Shown here: piece by piece, positions 8,829 through 16,836 of the stretch
Layout: each line of letters opens with the position of its first letter
Numbering within the stretch: the stretch's first letter is position 1
Position numbers and translations under genes: made by a program
Assembly: GCA_043809585.1 (NCBI GenBank)
Contig: JBDROZ010000053.1
Location: 44,290-64,289, forward strand
Direction of reading: 5' to 3'
Length of the DNA stretch: 20,000 nucleotides
Origin: Candidatus Eiseniibacteriota bacterium
Lineage (GTDB): Bacteria; Orphanbacterota; Orphanbacteria; Orphanbacterales; Orphanbacteraceae
The notes under the pieces: model-generated
Seen by the model: the letters and a program-made list of their open reading frames with translations, nothing else
What the model was told of the DNA's origin: nothing
Databases searched by the model: none

Positions 8829-10045
8829 GATGCCTTCTCCTTCCGCGGCCGCTTCTTGCCCGTCGCCGTCGCGGCTTTCTTCGCCTTTCCCTTCGCTCCC
8901 CCCTTGATGGCGTCGTAGATTCGTTCCGGGTCGTGCACCCATCCGCCGGCATGGCTGACCGGAATCACCGCCGCCCGTCCCCCCGCGTTCCTCTCCACCT
9001 CGAGGACGATCTGGCCGAGGTTGATCTCGGGCACCACGAATGCGTTCACTTTCGGGGCCAGGTCGCGGATCAGCCTCTCGGGGAACGGCCAGACCGTGAC
9101 GAGCCGGATCTCGCCCACCTTGTATCCGTCGGCGAGGGCGGCGTCGATGGCGGCCCGGGCGACCCGGGAAGTGATTCCGTAGCTAATCACGACGACGTCG
9201 GCGCCGTCCAGACGGGCCGTTTCGACGTCGATGATCTTGTCCGCGTTGTCGTCGATCTTCGACCGGAGACGGCGCACGAGCTTGTCCTGGACCTCCGCCG
9301 TCATGACCGGGTAACCCCGCTCGTCGTGGGTGAGGCCGGTGGTGTGGATCTTGTACCCCTCGCCGGCCATGATCATGTCCGGGACCTGATCCCCGTTGGT
9401 GGCGTAGGGCAGGTACTCGCCCGGCGGGAGGGAGGTGATCCGCCGCGGGACGATCTCGATTTCGTCCGCGCTCGGGATGACCACCTTCTCCGTCATGTGG
9501 CCGACGCACTCGTCCATCATCACGAGGACCGGGACGCGCCATGTCTCGGACAGGTTGAACGCCTGGATCGTGCGGTCGAAGCACTCCTGGGGGGAGTTCG
9601 GGGCGAGGGCGATGATGCTGTAGTCTCCGTGGGATCCCCAGCGGGCCTGCATCATGTCCTGCTGGCCCACCATGGTCGGAAGGCCGGTGGACGGACCGCC
9701 CCGCTGAACGTTCACCAGGACGCAGGGGACCTCCATCATGATGCCGAGCCCGAGGTTCTCCATCATCAGGGAGAAGCCGGGTCCGGACGTGCACGTCATG
9801 GCCTTGACCCCTCCCCAGGCGGCGCCGAGGATCGCGGCCATGGAGGCCATCTCGTCTTCCATCTGGATGAACACGCCCCCCACCTTGGGGAAGCGCCGCG
9901 CGATCCGCTCGGCGATCTCCGTGGACGGAGTGATGGGATAGCCCGCGAAGAACCGGCAGCCCGCGGCGAGTCCGCCTTCGGAGGCGGCATGGTCGCCGTC
10001 GAGGTAGTGGGCGCCGGTGAGGACTCCTTCCGGGGCGGCGGTCAT
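8825..10045 (-). CDS. korA: 2-oxoacid:ferredoxin oxidoreductase alpha subunit
   Basis: AGYPITPSTEI, QMEDEMAS, TSGPGFSLMME, QRGGPSTGLPT, RWGSHGD, VPEINLGQ. Confidence 0.95.
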   Translation of the reverse strand: MTAAPEGVLTGAHYLDGDHAASEGGLAAGCRFFAGYPITPSTEIAERIARRFPKVGGVFIQMEDEMASMAAILGAAWGGVKAMTCTSGPGFSLMMENLGLGIMMEVPCVLVNVQRGGPSTGLPTMVGQQDMMQARWGSHGDYSIIALAPNSPQECFDRTIQAFNLSETWRVPVLVMMDECVGHMTEKVVIPSADEIEIVPRRITSLPPGEYLPYATNGDQVPDMIMAGEGYKIHTTGLTHDERGYPVMTAEVQDKLVRRLRSKIDDNADKIIDVETARLDGADVVVISYGITSRVARAAIDAALADGYKVGEIRLVTVWPFPERLIRDLAPKVNAFVVPEINLGQIVLEVERNAGGRAAVIPVSHAGGWVHDPERIYDAIKGGAKGKAKKAATATGKKRPRKEKAS

Positions 10046-10374
10046 GTGAGTATCTCCTCTCCCGCCGCGCCGGGAATCGCGGAGGTCGCCCCGACCGGGG
10101 CCTTCTCGGTGATGAATATGGCGAACTCGGGGCAGATCACTTCACATAGGTGGCAGGCGACGCAGGTGCCGGGCTTCGTCGTCTCGGGGGGATGATATCC
10201 TTTGAGGTTGAACTGGGCGGACAATCGAAGCACGCCCAGGGGGCAGTACTCGACGCAGTAGGCACAGCCCTTACATCGCTCGGTGAGGATGTGAATGTCG
10301 CCTTGGGATCGCGTAACGTGTTGATCGTCGAGAGGTGTACGCCAATAACGTTTCGTCTCCAAGTCGCCCGTCAT
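10042..10374 (-). CDS. korD: 2-oxoacid:ferredoxin oxidoreductase delta subunit (2x[4Fe-4S] ferredoxin)
   Basis: CKGCAYCVEYCP and CVACHLCEVICPEFAI; GGAGG RBS; stop overlaps the korA ATG. Confidence 0.9.
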   Translation of the reverse strand: MTGDLETKRYWRTPLDDQHVTRSQGDIHILTERCKGCAYCVEYCPLGVLRLSAQFNLKGYHPPETTKPGTCVACHLCEVICPEFAIFITEKAPVGATSAIPGAAGEEILT

Positions 10375-10412
10375 AGCTGTGGCCTCCGAGTCTTGAGCGG
10401 GCGTGGTGGACT

Positions 10413-11006
10413 TTACGGCTTAGTCGTCCTCCGCGCCTGCTCATAGGGACAACGCCCGGTCACCCCGTGGACGGGGCAACCGTCTTCATAGAAGGCCCCG
10501 CAGCGCAGACAGCCGCGGCCACCTTGCTCCTCTATGTCGATCAATGTTGTGACGAACTTGGTGAGGAGCCGGGCGAACTCCTCTCGTTCTTCTTCGCTGA
10601 ACGTCTCGAGCACCGGGCGGAGGCCGGTCGCCCGCCGCTCTTCGTAGCGGCGGACGAGGTCGCGCCCTTTCGCGGTGATCTTCAGGCAGGTGTTCCTCCT
10701 GTCCTTTTCGGGCGTCACCCGCCTGAGAAGATCGAGACGGGCGAGTTTGTCGACGTTCTTAGAGGCGGCAGGCGCGCTCACCCCGAGAAAATCGGCCACC
10801 TCGCCGACGAAGTGATCCCCGTTCATGTCGATCAACTTGAGAAGATGGATCTGCGAGAGGGAGAGAGGAGCGGGAGCGGTCTCGCGGAGATACCGGGACT
10901 CGAGAATGTCCCGGACGGCGTTGGCGAAGACGTGGCTGATCTTCAGGATACGCTGGGCTACGGGGCCGCCGTCGCCGTTGGTCGGGCCGTGGGTAGGTTG
11001 GATCAT
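10413..11006 (-). CDS. MarR-family transcriptional regulator with C-terminal four-Cys extension
   Basis: Winged helix LSLSQIHLL...VGEVADFLGVSAPAASKNVDKL...DRRNTCLKITAKG; tail CLRCGAFYEDGCPVHGVTGRCPY. GGAGAG precedes ATG 11006, while the track's ATG 11045 lies inside the predicted -10. Confidence 0.88.
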   Translation of the reverse strand: MIQPTHGPTNGDGGPVAQRILKISHVFANAVRDILESRYLRETAPAPLSLSQIHLLKLIDMNGDHFVGEVADFLGVSAPAASKNVDKLARLDLLRRVTPEKDRRNTCLKITAKGRDLVRRYEERRATGLRPVLETFSEEEREEFARLLTKFVTTLIDIEEQGGRGCLRCGAFYEDGCPVHGVTGRCPYEQARRTTKP

Positions 11007-11044
11007 GGCCACTCTCCGAATTAGAGTTGCTTTCGAACGTCCCA

Positions 11045-11094
11045 TTTATACCATGGAGACATTGGTGAATCCACTTAAAAATTAACCCGATTAA
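11045..11094 (-). promoter_or_regulatory. Putative promoter of the marR-kor-hdr operon with adjacent palindromic operator
   Basis: TGGATT (11068-11073) -17 nt- TATAAA (11045-11050) with an extended TG; TTAA-N5-TTAA at 11082-11094 in a conspicuously AT-rich gap. Confidence 0.45.
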
Positions 11095-11227
11095 GAAGAA
11101 ATGGCAGTGATTGTGCTGCTGATTGTTTCGAATAATATTAGAAGTAGGTTCAAACCTGCCGGAGGCAATCGATTATGCCGGCTCTTCCTATCGCCGGGAT
11201 CACGCAAGTCCCGCCCGGTCTCGGGAG

Positions 11228-11256
11228 TTGACACCCATTCGTTCCGTTTCTATTCT
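11228..11256 (+). promoter_or_regulatory. Sigma70-type promoter
   Basis: TTGACA (11228-11233) -17 nt- TATTCT (11251-11256). Confidence 0.75.
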
Positions 11257-11273
11257 AGTGGGACGGCTCCACC

Positions 11274-11296
11274 GCCGGGGCGGCCCGGCTCTTTTT
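11274..11296 (+). terminator. Intrinsic terminator-like hairpin in the 5' leader
   Basis: GCCGGG-GCGG-CCCGGC followed by TCTTTTT. Confidence 0.45.
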
Positions 11297-11327
11297 CGCC
11301 CCCCTTCCCGGGGGGGAGGAGGATACG

Positions 11328-14300
11328 TTGCCCCGTCTGCTCGATACCTTTGCGATGCTGGGGGTTCTCTTTGTTCTGGCCGCGCCGGATCGGGGATCCG
11401 GGGCGGTTCCCGCTCCGCCCCTTCCGGGGGTCTCCGGGGTGCGGGGGTTCCCGGCGGCGGGCCCCCCCTCGCCGCGGGCGGACAAGAGGTTCGACCCGTC
11501 GGCGGCGGCGGACACGTTCCGGGTCGTCGCGCTTCTCGTCCAGTTCCCCCCCGACGACGATCCGTCGACCACGGGGAACGGCCTTTTCGGCGACGTGCCC
11601 GACGCGAACGAAGTGGTCTTCGGCGATTCTTACCCCGAGCTGCTGGAGATCCCCCGGGATCCGGAGTACTTCCGCGAGCAACTCCGCTATCTCTCCCAGT
11701 ACTGGAGCGTGGTCTCCGGCGGCCGCCTCGAGATCGTCGCCACCGTTCCGGAGACGGTCTTCACCGCCCCCGAACCGATGGCGTATTACGGAGAGAACGA
11801 AGAGGCGAGCCGCCGGCAGTCGGCCCTCTTCCGGGACGCCGTCCGGCTCGCCGACGGGGCGGTCGACTTCGCCGACTTCGACGGTGTCTTCGTCTACCAC
11901 GCCGGCTGCGGCGAGGAGACGGATGTTCTCGGCGATTCACCCGGCGACATCTGGACCGCCTTCCTGACCCGCGCCGACTTCGTTGACGCCTTCGCCGATT
12001 CGGGTTTCGAGGAGGCCTACCGGGGTATCCCGACCGGCGACACCGACGAGGGGGGGGACACGCTCTTCCTGACCGAAGGCGTCGTGTTTCCCGAGAGCGA
12101 GACCCAGGACGAGATCGGCGGGTCGATTCTCGCCCAGTGGATTCTCGGCGTCTCGGCCCACATGACCGGCCGCCTTCTCGGCGCCCCTTCTCTCTTCGAC
12201 ACGGACCTCCGCGACGGCTCCTCATCTCAAGGCATCGGCAACTTCGGCATCATGGGGACCGGGCTCTGGAACTCGGGCGGCATCCTTCCTCCGCACCCCT
12301 GCCCGTGGACCAAGATCTTCTTCGGATGGACCGAGCCTCTGACCGTGACGAGGGACACGACGATCGCGCTTCCCCCCGTGGAGAAGGGGGACTCGTCTCC
12401 GAGGATCGTGAAGGTCCCGATCACCGAGACCGAGTACTGGCTGATCGAGAACCGGGCGAAGGACGAGAACGGCGACGGCGACTTCAATTTCGACGACAAG
12501 AACGGGGACAACGTGCTCTATCCCTTCGAAGACTCGTACGAAGGGGCCGAGTTCGACTGGTCTCTGCCGAGCGAGGGGAGCATCGAGGGGGCGGGCATCC
12601 TCATCTGGCACGTGGACGAGTCGGTGATCGCCGCGTCGGGTGACTTCCGGGAGCGGAACACGGTGAACGCCGACGCCTCGTGGAAGGGGGTCGACCTCGA
12701 GGAGGCGGACGGGATCCAGGACCTCGATCTCCGGGCGACGTCCTTCGACAACTTCGGCTCGCCCCTCGACAGTTGGACCTCCTCGAACGGCGGCGTCTTC
12801 GGGCCCGCCACCACCCCCTCCACGATGTCGAACTTCGGCGCGGCGACGGGCGTCACGATCACGGTCGAGTCGGAGCCGGGAAGTCTCATGACCGTGTCGA
12901 TCGACTTCGATGACGGCCGCCCGGACGGATGGCCGGTGATCGGCCCCCGGGGGAGACGATTGATCGGACCGGTCGCGCCCGCCAAGGCCGGGGATCTCGG
13001 TCTCTTCGGCTTCGCCTTCGCCTCCTTCGATTCGATGGAGGGCTTGAGCCGTCTCGGAGTGATCGGCGCGGACGGCGCGCCGTGGCCCGGCTTCCCCGTG
13101 GATCTCCCCGGCAGGCCTTCGTTCGGGCCGGCCGCCCATCGGGCGGCCCCCGACGGCCCCCTCGCCCTTCTCGTCCCGATGGAGGACGGCGGCGTTCTCC
13201 GGGTCTTCTCCGACGGGGCGATCGACACCACCGGCGCATGGGGCGATCCGGTTCCGGGCGCGTCGGGTTCCTTCCTTTCGGCCTCTCCCGGGGGGGGCGC
13301 GGCCTTCTCCCTCGTGGAGGTGGATGGTACGACTCGGGTCTATCTCTACGACGGCTTCGCGGGGGGCGTGCGGACCCTCCTCGCCGAAACGGAAGGGGCC
13401 GCGGTGGGCCCGGCGGCGATCACGTCCTATGGGAGCGCGGTCTTCGCCACCGGCGCTTCGAGGGTGTTCGAGGTCAGGGGTTCGGAAGTGATCTGGGAGG
13501 GGAGCACCCGTGAAGAACCGGTGGCCCTCGCCATCGGCGACGCCCCCCGCGGCGGGCCCGCGGACGACGAAGTCGATCTTTGGGAGACGGTGGTCTCCAC
13601 GGGGGGCGGTCTGGAGATTTTCGACTCCCGGGGCTCTCCGGTCCCGATCGCCGTCGCCGGCCTCTCGGGGCCCGCCGGTCCCTCCGCCCTGGCCGATCTC
13701 GACCGGGACGGGTTCGCCGAGTACCTCGCCGGGAGCCCGGGCCGGATGAACGCCATCAACCGGACGGGGGCCCCGTCCACGGACTGGCCGATCCGTCTCG
13801 CCGGCGGCCCGCCGTCGCACCCTCTCGACCGGGCCGAGGGTTCGCCCGCCGTCGCCGATTTCGACGGCGACGGGGAATCGGATGTCGCGTTCCTGACCGA
13901 ACACGGAAGCCTCTGGATCGTGGATGCCGGCGGCGTCCCCTGGCCGGGGTTCCCGGCGGCGGCCCCGGGGAGAAACCGGTACGGCCTCCTCGCGGGAACC
14001 ACCCTCTCCGGCGACAGCACGTATCTCCTCCTTCCCGGCGAAGGGGGAAACCTCGATCTCCGGGTCTGGCCGACGCCGGGGGGCGCGCGGGTCGATTGGG
14101 CGGGGTACGGGAACGGGGCGGGATTCGCGGGGCGCTATCTCGGATCCTCCGACACCCCGTCGCCGGGCCCTTCGCTTCTCGCTCCGGACGAGACCTTCTG
14201 CTACCCGAACCCGGTCCGGGGGGAGGGGCTCGTGAAGATCCACTTCCGCCTGACCGAGGCGGCGGAAGTGAGCGTATCGATCTACCACACCGCCGGGGGA

Positions 14301-14459
14301 GTGGTCGAGGAGTTCCCCCGGGCTCTCTTCCCCGCCGAAACGGGCGAGGTCGTCTGGGACACGCGGGAGACGGGAAGCGGGGTCTACTACGCCCGGATCG
14401 AGGCCCGCTCCGCTACCCGGGAAGAGGTCCGGTTCGTCCCGATCGCCGTGCTACGCTGA
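11328..14459 (+). CDS. Secreted M6 (immune inhibitor A)-like protein with degenerate active site, FG-GAP-like repeats and T9SS type A-like C-terminal domain
   Basis: Signal peptide; VVALLVQFP, VYHAGCGEE, GNFGIMGTG...PPHPCPWTK...GW, EYWLIENR, GILIWHVDE, VDLEEADG; ADLDRDG and ADFDGDG repeats; YPNP...WD...SGVYY...AVLR end. TTG start after GGAGGAGG. Confidence 0.85.
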   Translation: MPRLLDTFAMLGVLFVLAAPDRGSGAVPAPPLPGVSGVRGFPAAGPPSPRADKRFDPSAAADTFRVVALLVQFPPDDDPSTTGNGLFGDVPDANEVVFGDSYPELLEIPRDPEYFREQLRYLSQYWSVVSGGRLEIVATVPETVFTAPEPMAYYGENEEASRRQSALFRDAVRLADGAVDFADFDGVFVYHAGCGEETDVLGDSPGDIWTAFLTRADFVDAFADSGFEEAYRGIPTGDTDEGGDTLFLTEGVVFPESETQDEIGGSILAQWILGVSAHMTGRLLGAPSLFDTDLRDGSSSQGIGNFGIMGTGLWNSGGILPPHPCPWTKIFFGWTEPLTVTRDTTIALPPVEKGDSSPRIVKVPITETEYWLIENRAKDENGDGDFNFDDKNGDNVLYPFEDSYEGAEFDWSLPSEGSIEGAGILIWHVDESVIAASGDFRERNTVNADASWKGVDLEEADGIQDLDLRATSFDNFGSPLDSWTSSNGGVFGPATTPSTMSNFGAATGVTITVESEPGSLMTVSIDFDDGRPDGWPVIGPRGRRLIGPVAPAKAGDLGLFGFAFASFDSMEGLSRLGVIGADGAPWPGFPVDLPGRPSFGPAAHRAAPDGPLALLVPMEDGGVLRVFSDGAIDTTGAWGDPVPGASGSFLSASPGGGAAFSLVEVDGTTRVYLYDGFAGGVRTLLAETEGAAVGPAAITSYGSAVFATGASRVFEVRGSEVIWEGSTREEPVALAIGDAPRGGPADDEVDLWETVVSTGGGLEIFDSRGSPVPIAVAGLSGPAGPSALADLDRDGFAEYLAGSPGRMNAINRTGAPSTDWPIRLAGGPPSHPLDRAEGSPAVADFDGDGESDVAFLTEHGSLWIVDAGGVPWPGFPAAAPGRNRYGLLAGTTLSGDSTYLLLPGEGGNLDLRVWPTPGGARVDWAGYGNGAGFAGRYLGSSDTPSPGPSLLAPDETFCYPNPVRGEGLVKIHFRLTEAAEVSVSIYHTAGGVVEEFPRALFPAETGEVVWDTRETGSGVYYARIEARSATREEVRFVPIAVLR

Positions 14460-14484
14460 TCTAATCCAAGCGGCGCGGCGCCCC

Positions 14485-14513
14485 TTGTGGAGAATTGGAA
14501 AGAAATGTACGAT
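14485..14513 (+). promoter_or_regulatory. Putative sigma70-type promoter for the PorV-like gene
   Basis: TTGTGG -17 nt- TACGAT in an A-rich intergenic patch. Confidence 0.4.
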
Positions 14514-14576
14514 ACTTCCCACGAAGGCTACCGTCCGGCGATTCCCCGCCGGGATTCCCCGAGTGAGGTTCATCGA

Positions 14577-15491
14577 ATGAAATCGGTTTTCGCGGCGACT
14601 TGTCTTCTTCTCCTTCTCGCCGGATTCGCCCTCGGGGCGCCCACCGGGCTCCACTCGCTGCTGATCGACCCGGGTGTGGTCGCCTCCGGCATGGGTCACG
14701 CCTATACCGCCGTGGCCGACGATCCGAGCGCCCTCTACTGGAATCCGGCCGGGCTCACTCGGGGGGCCCTCGGGTACGACCTCCTGCTCTCCCATACCGA
14801 GTGGTTCGTGGATCACCGGATGGAGTACGCCGCGGTCACCCGGAACCGGGGGGGCGACGCTTTCGGCGCGAGCATCAGCGGGTTCTACGTCGGCGGGATC
14901 GAACGGCGCGAGGACTTTCCGACCTCCGAGCCGTTCGGCGATTTCGGCTCGTACGATCTGGTCGTCTCCGTCGCCTACGCCCGCGTGTTCGGGCCGGCCC
15001 GGGCTGGACTGACGGCGAAGCCCTTCTACAGCAAGATCGACCGGGAGAGCGCCCACGGCGTGGCGTTCGACCTCGGCGCGCAGCTCGACACTCCTCTCGA
15101 GGGGCTCGTCCTCGGCGGCGCGGTGGCGAACATCGGAAACAAGCCGAGCTACATCGAGGAGGAGTTCTCCCTTCCGGTCGACCTTCGCGGGGGCGCCGCC
15201 TACCGGTTCTCTTTCGACTCGGGCGCCCTGCCCGGCGAGGTCCTCCTCTCCGGGGAGGTCCGGAAGAGCAGGGACGAGGAGACGCGCACCCACGTGGGCG
15301 CGGATCTCCGGGTGAAGGAGACCGCGTCGATCCGCTTCGGCTACAAGTGGGGATACGAACTGGAGGATTACTCGTTCGGGATCGGCGTGACCCGGGGAAA
15401 CTTCTCGGCCCAGTACGCGCTGGTTCCGTTCCAGTCCGACTTCGGCACGGTCCACCGGTTCGGCATCGTCCTGCACCGGGACAAGATCTGA
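14577..15491 (+). CDS. PorV/PorQ-family (UPF0164-like) outer-membrane beta-barrel protein
   Basis: Signal peptide MKSVFAATCLLLLLAGFALG; hallmark ASGMGHAYTAVADDPSALYWNPAGL; amphipathic strands; ends DFGTVHRFGI. Confidence 0.85.
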   Translation: MKSVFAATCLLLLLAGFALGAPTGLHSLLIDPGVVASGMGHAYTAVADDPSALYWNPAGLTRGALGYDLLLSHTEWFVDHRMEYAAVTRNRGGDAFGASISGFYVGGIERREDFPTSEPFGDFGSYDLVVSVAYARVFGPARAGLTAKPFYSKIDRESAHGVAFDLGAQLDTPLEGLVLGGAVANIGNKPSYIEEEFSLPVDLRGGAAYRFSFDSGALPGEVLLSGEVRKSRDEETRTHVGADLRVKETASIRFGYKWGYELEDYSFGIGVTRGNFSAQYALVPFQSDFGTVHRFGIVLHRDKI

Positions 15492-15492
15492 T

Positions 15493-16260
15493 TCAGTCCT
15501 CCCAGCGTTTCAGCTCGAGCTTCCCTTCCCGGAGCACCGCGTAGGTAAAAGTCTCCATCCAGTCGCCGAGAACCAAACACTCCCCTTCCTCGTAGGTGAA
15601 GCGGTCGGCCACGTGGATGTGGCCCATCACGATCCCGTCGAAGCCCTCCCGGAGCTTGTCGAGGATCGCGCTTTCGAGGGTGCGGTTCAGTATGAACTTC
15701 TTCCGGTTGCTGTAGCTCCGGCTCCGGTGGGAGGCCCAGCGGGCGAACGGAATCCCGATGTCGGGATGAATCCAATGGTACGCCCGGATGGCCCAGGAAC
15801 TGCGGACGAGGCGCCGGAGAAAGCGGTACCCCGGGTCGCGGCCGGCCGTCAGGTCGTCGCCGTGGGTGACGTAGAGCCGCCGCCCCTGGGTCTCGAGGAT
15901 CACGGACTCCCGGCGGATTCGGAGGCCGACGGTGCGGCTGAAGAATTCGCCGATCCAGTAGTCATGGTTGCCCGCGAGGTAGACGACCTCGACGCCGCTC
16001 CGGACGAGCCCGGCGAGCCCCGTGAAGATGACCGTGTGTGTCTTCGGGAGCACCTGGGAGTACTCGAACCAGAAGTCGAAGAGATCGCCGACGATGTAGA
16101 GCGTGCCGGCTTCTTTCCGGGCGAGGGCGAGAAAACGGAGAAAACGTTCCACCCGTTCCCGTTCCTTCTCCGATCCCGCCGCGCCGAAGTGGGCGTCGGA
16201 CACGAAGAAGACCACGCCCTCCCGGCCCTCTCCGGCGGCCGATTTCTTCGCTTCCGACAT
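15493..16260 (-). CDS. lpxH: UDP-2,3-diacylglucosamine diphosphatase (LpxH-like metallophosphoesterase)
   Basis: SDAHFG, VGDLFDFWFEY, GNHDYW, THGD, MGHIH, LGDW. It is the C-terminal 255 aa of track ORF 15493..17616. Confidence 0.82.
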   Translation of the reverse strand: MSEAKKSAAGEGREGVVFFVSDAHFGAAGSEKERERVERFLRFLALARKEAGTLYIVGDLFDFWFEYSQVLPKTHTVIFTGLAGLVRSGVEVVYLAGNHDYWIGEFFSRTVGLRIRRESVILETQGRRLYVTHGDDLTAGRDPGYRFLRRLVRSSWAIRAYHWIHPDIGIPFARWASHRSRSYSNRKKFILNRTLESAILDKLREGFDGIVMGHIHVADRFTYEEGECLVLGDWMETFTYAVLREGKLELKRWED

Positions 16261-16267
16261 GGCTGGC

Positions 16268-16296
16268 ATGGTAGCATTCGCCCGGAAGCCGGGCAA
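16268..16296 (-). promoter_or_regulatory. Sigma70-type promoter, probably giving a leaderless lpxH mRNA
   Basis: TTGCCC -17 nt- TACCAT with an extended TG, ending 7 nt before ATG 16260; no SD sequence. Confidence 0.55.
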
Positions 16297-16368
16297 GAGA
16301 ATCGCCCGGCGCCCGCCGGTGCGAGGATGAGCGGATTCTCGAATCCGCGGTGGAGAGGAGAAGAGGCG

Positions 16369-16833
16369 ATGGAAGAGCGCAAGGAGACGGAAGATGCGCG
16401 GGAGACCGCAGGGGAAAGAGGCACCGGCAAGGCCGGGCCGGGCGAAGGAGCGCCAGGGGCCGGCGACCACACGTTTTCGGGTGATCCCTACCGAGAGGAT
16501 CCCGGACTCTGGGACAAGGTGAGGCGCGGGGCGGTGGAGGGGTATCACTTCGCCGCCGACAAGACGGATCTCTATGCCCGCGTGGCGAGCCGGCGGATGA
16601 GCATCCTCGGCTTGAATCGGAAGATCGACCACGCTTACGCGGAGCTGGGCGAGAAGACCTATAACCTCCTCGCCGCGGACGAGAACGCGGCGGTGGCGGC
16701 GGATACGGCGGTGCGGGAACTCGTCGGGCGGATCCGGGCCTCCGAGGAAGAGATGACGCTGAAGGAGGCGGAAATCGAAGAGATCCGCCAGGAGTACCGG
16801 GAACGCGCCGCCGCGGCGAAGGAAGAGGAGTAA
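16369..16833 (+). CDS. Hypothetical coiled-coil protein (154 aa)
   Basis: GAGGAG/AGAGG upstream of ATG; helical LWDKVRRG...AYAELGEKTY...EAEIEEIRQE; stop lies 3 nt before degP. Confidence 0.75.
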   Translation: MEERKETEDARETAGERGTGKAGPGEGAPGAGDHTFSGDPYREDPGLWDKVRRGAVEGYHFAADKTDLYARVASRRMSILGLNRKIDHAYAELGEKTYNLLAADENAAVAADTAVRELVGRIRASEEEMTLKEAEIEEIRQEYRERAAAAKEEE

Positions 16834-16836
16834 GGG

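Noticed and set aside
1105-10045. Additional Sec codons at the other TGA stops in the operon
   Set aside because: Those TGAs end complete domains, mostly overlap the next start codon, and do not align with Cys positions.
654-10195. Very long plus-strand ORFs (654..3770, 3860..5653, 5056..7926, 8076..8918, 8933..10195)
   Set aside because: They are antisense shadows of well-supported minus-strand genes in high-GC DNA and carry no recognisable motifs.
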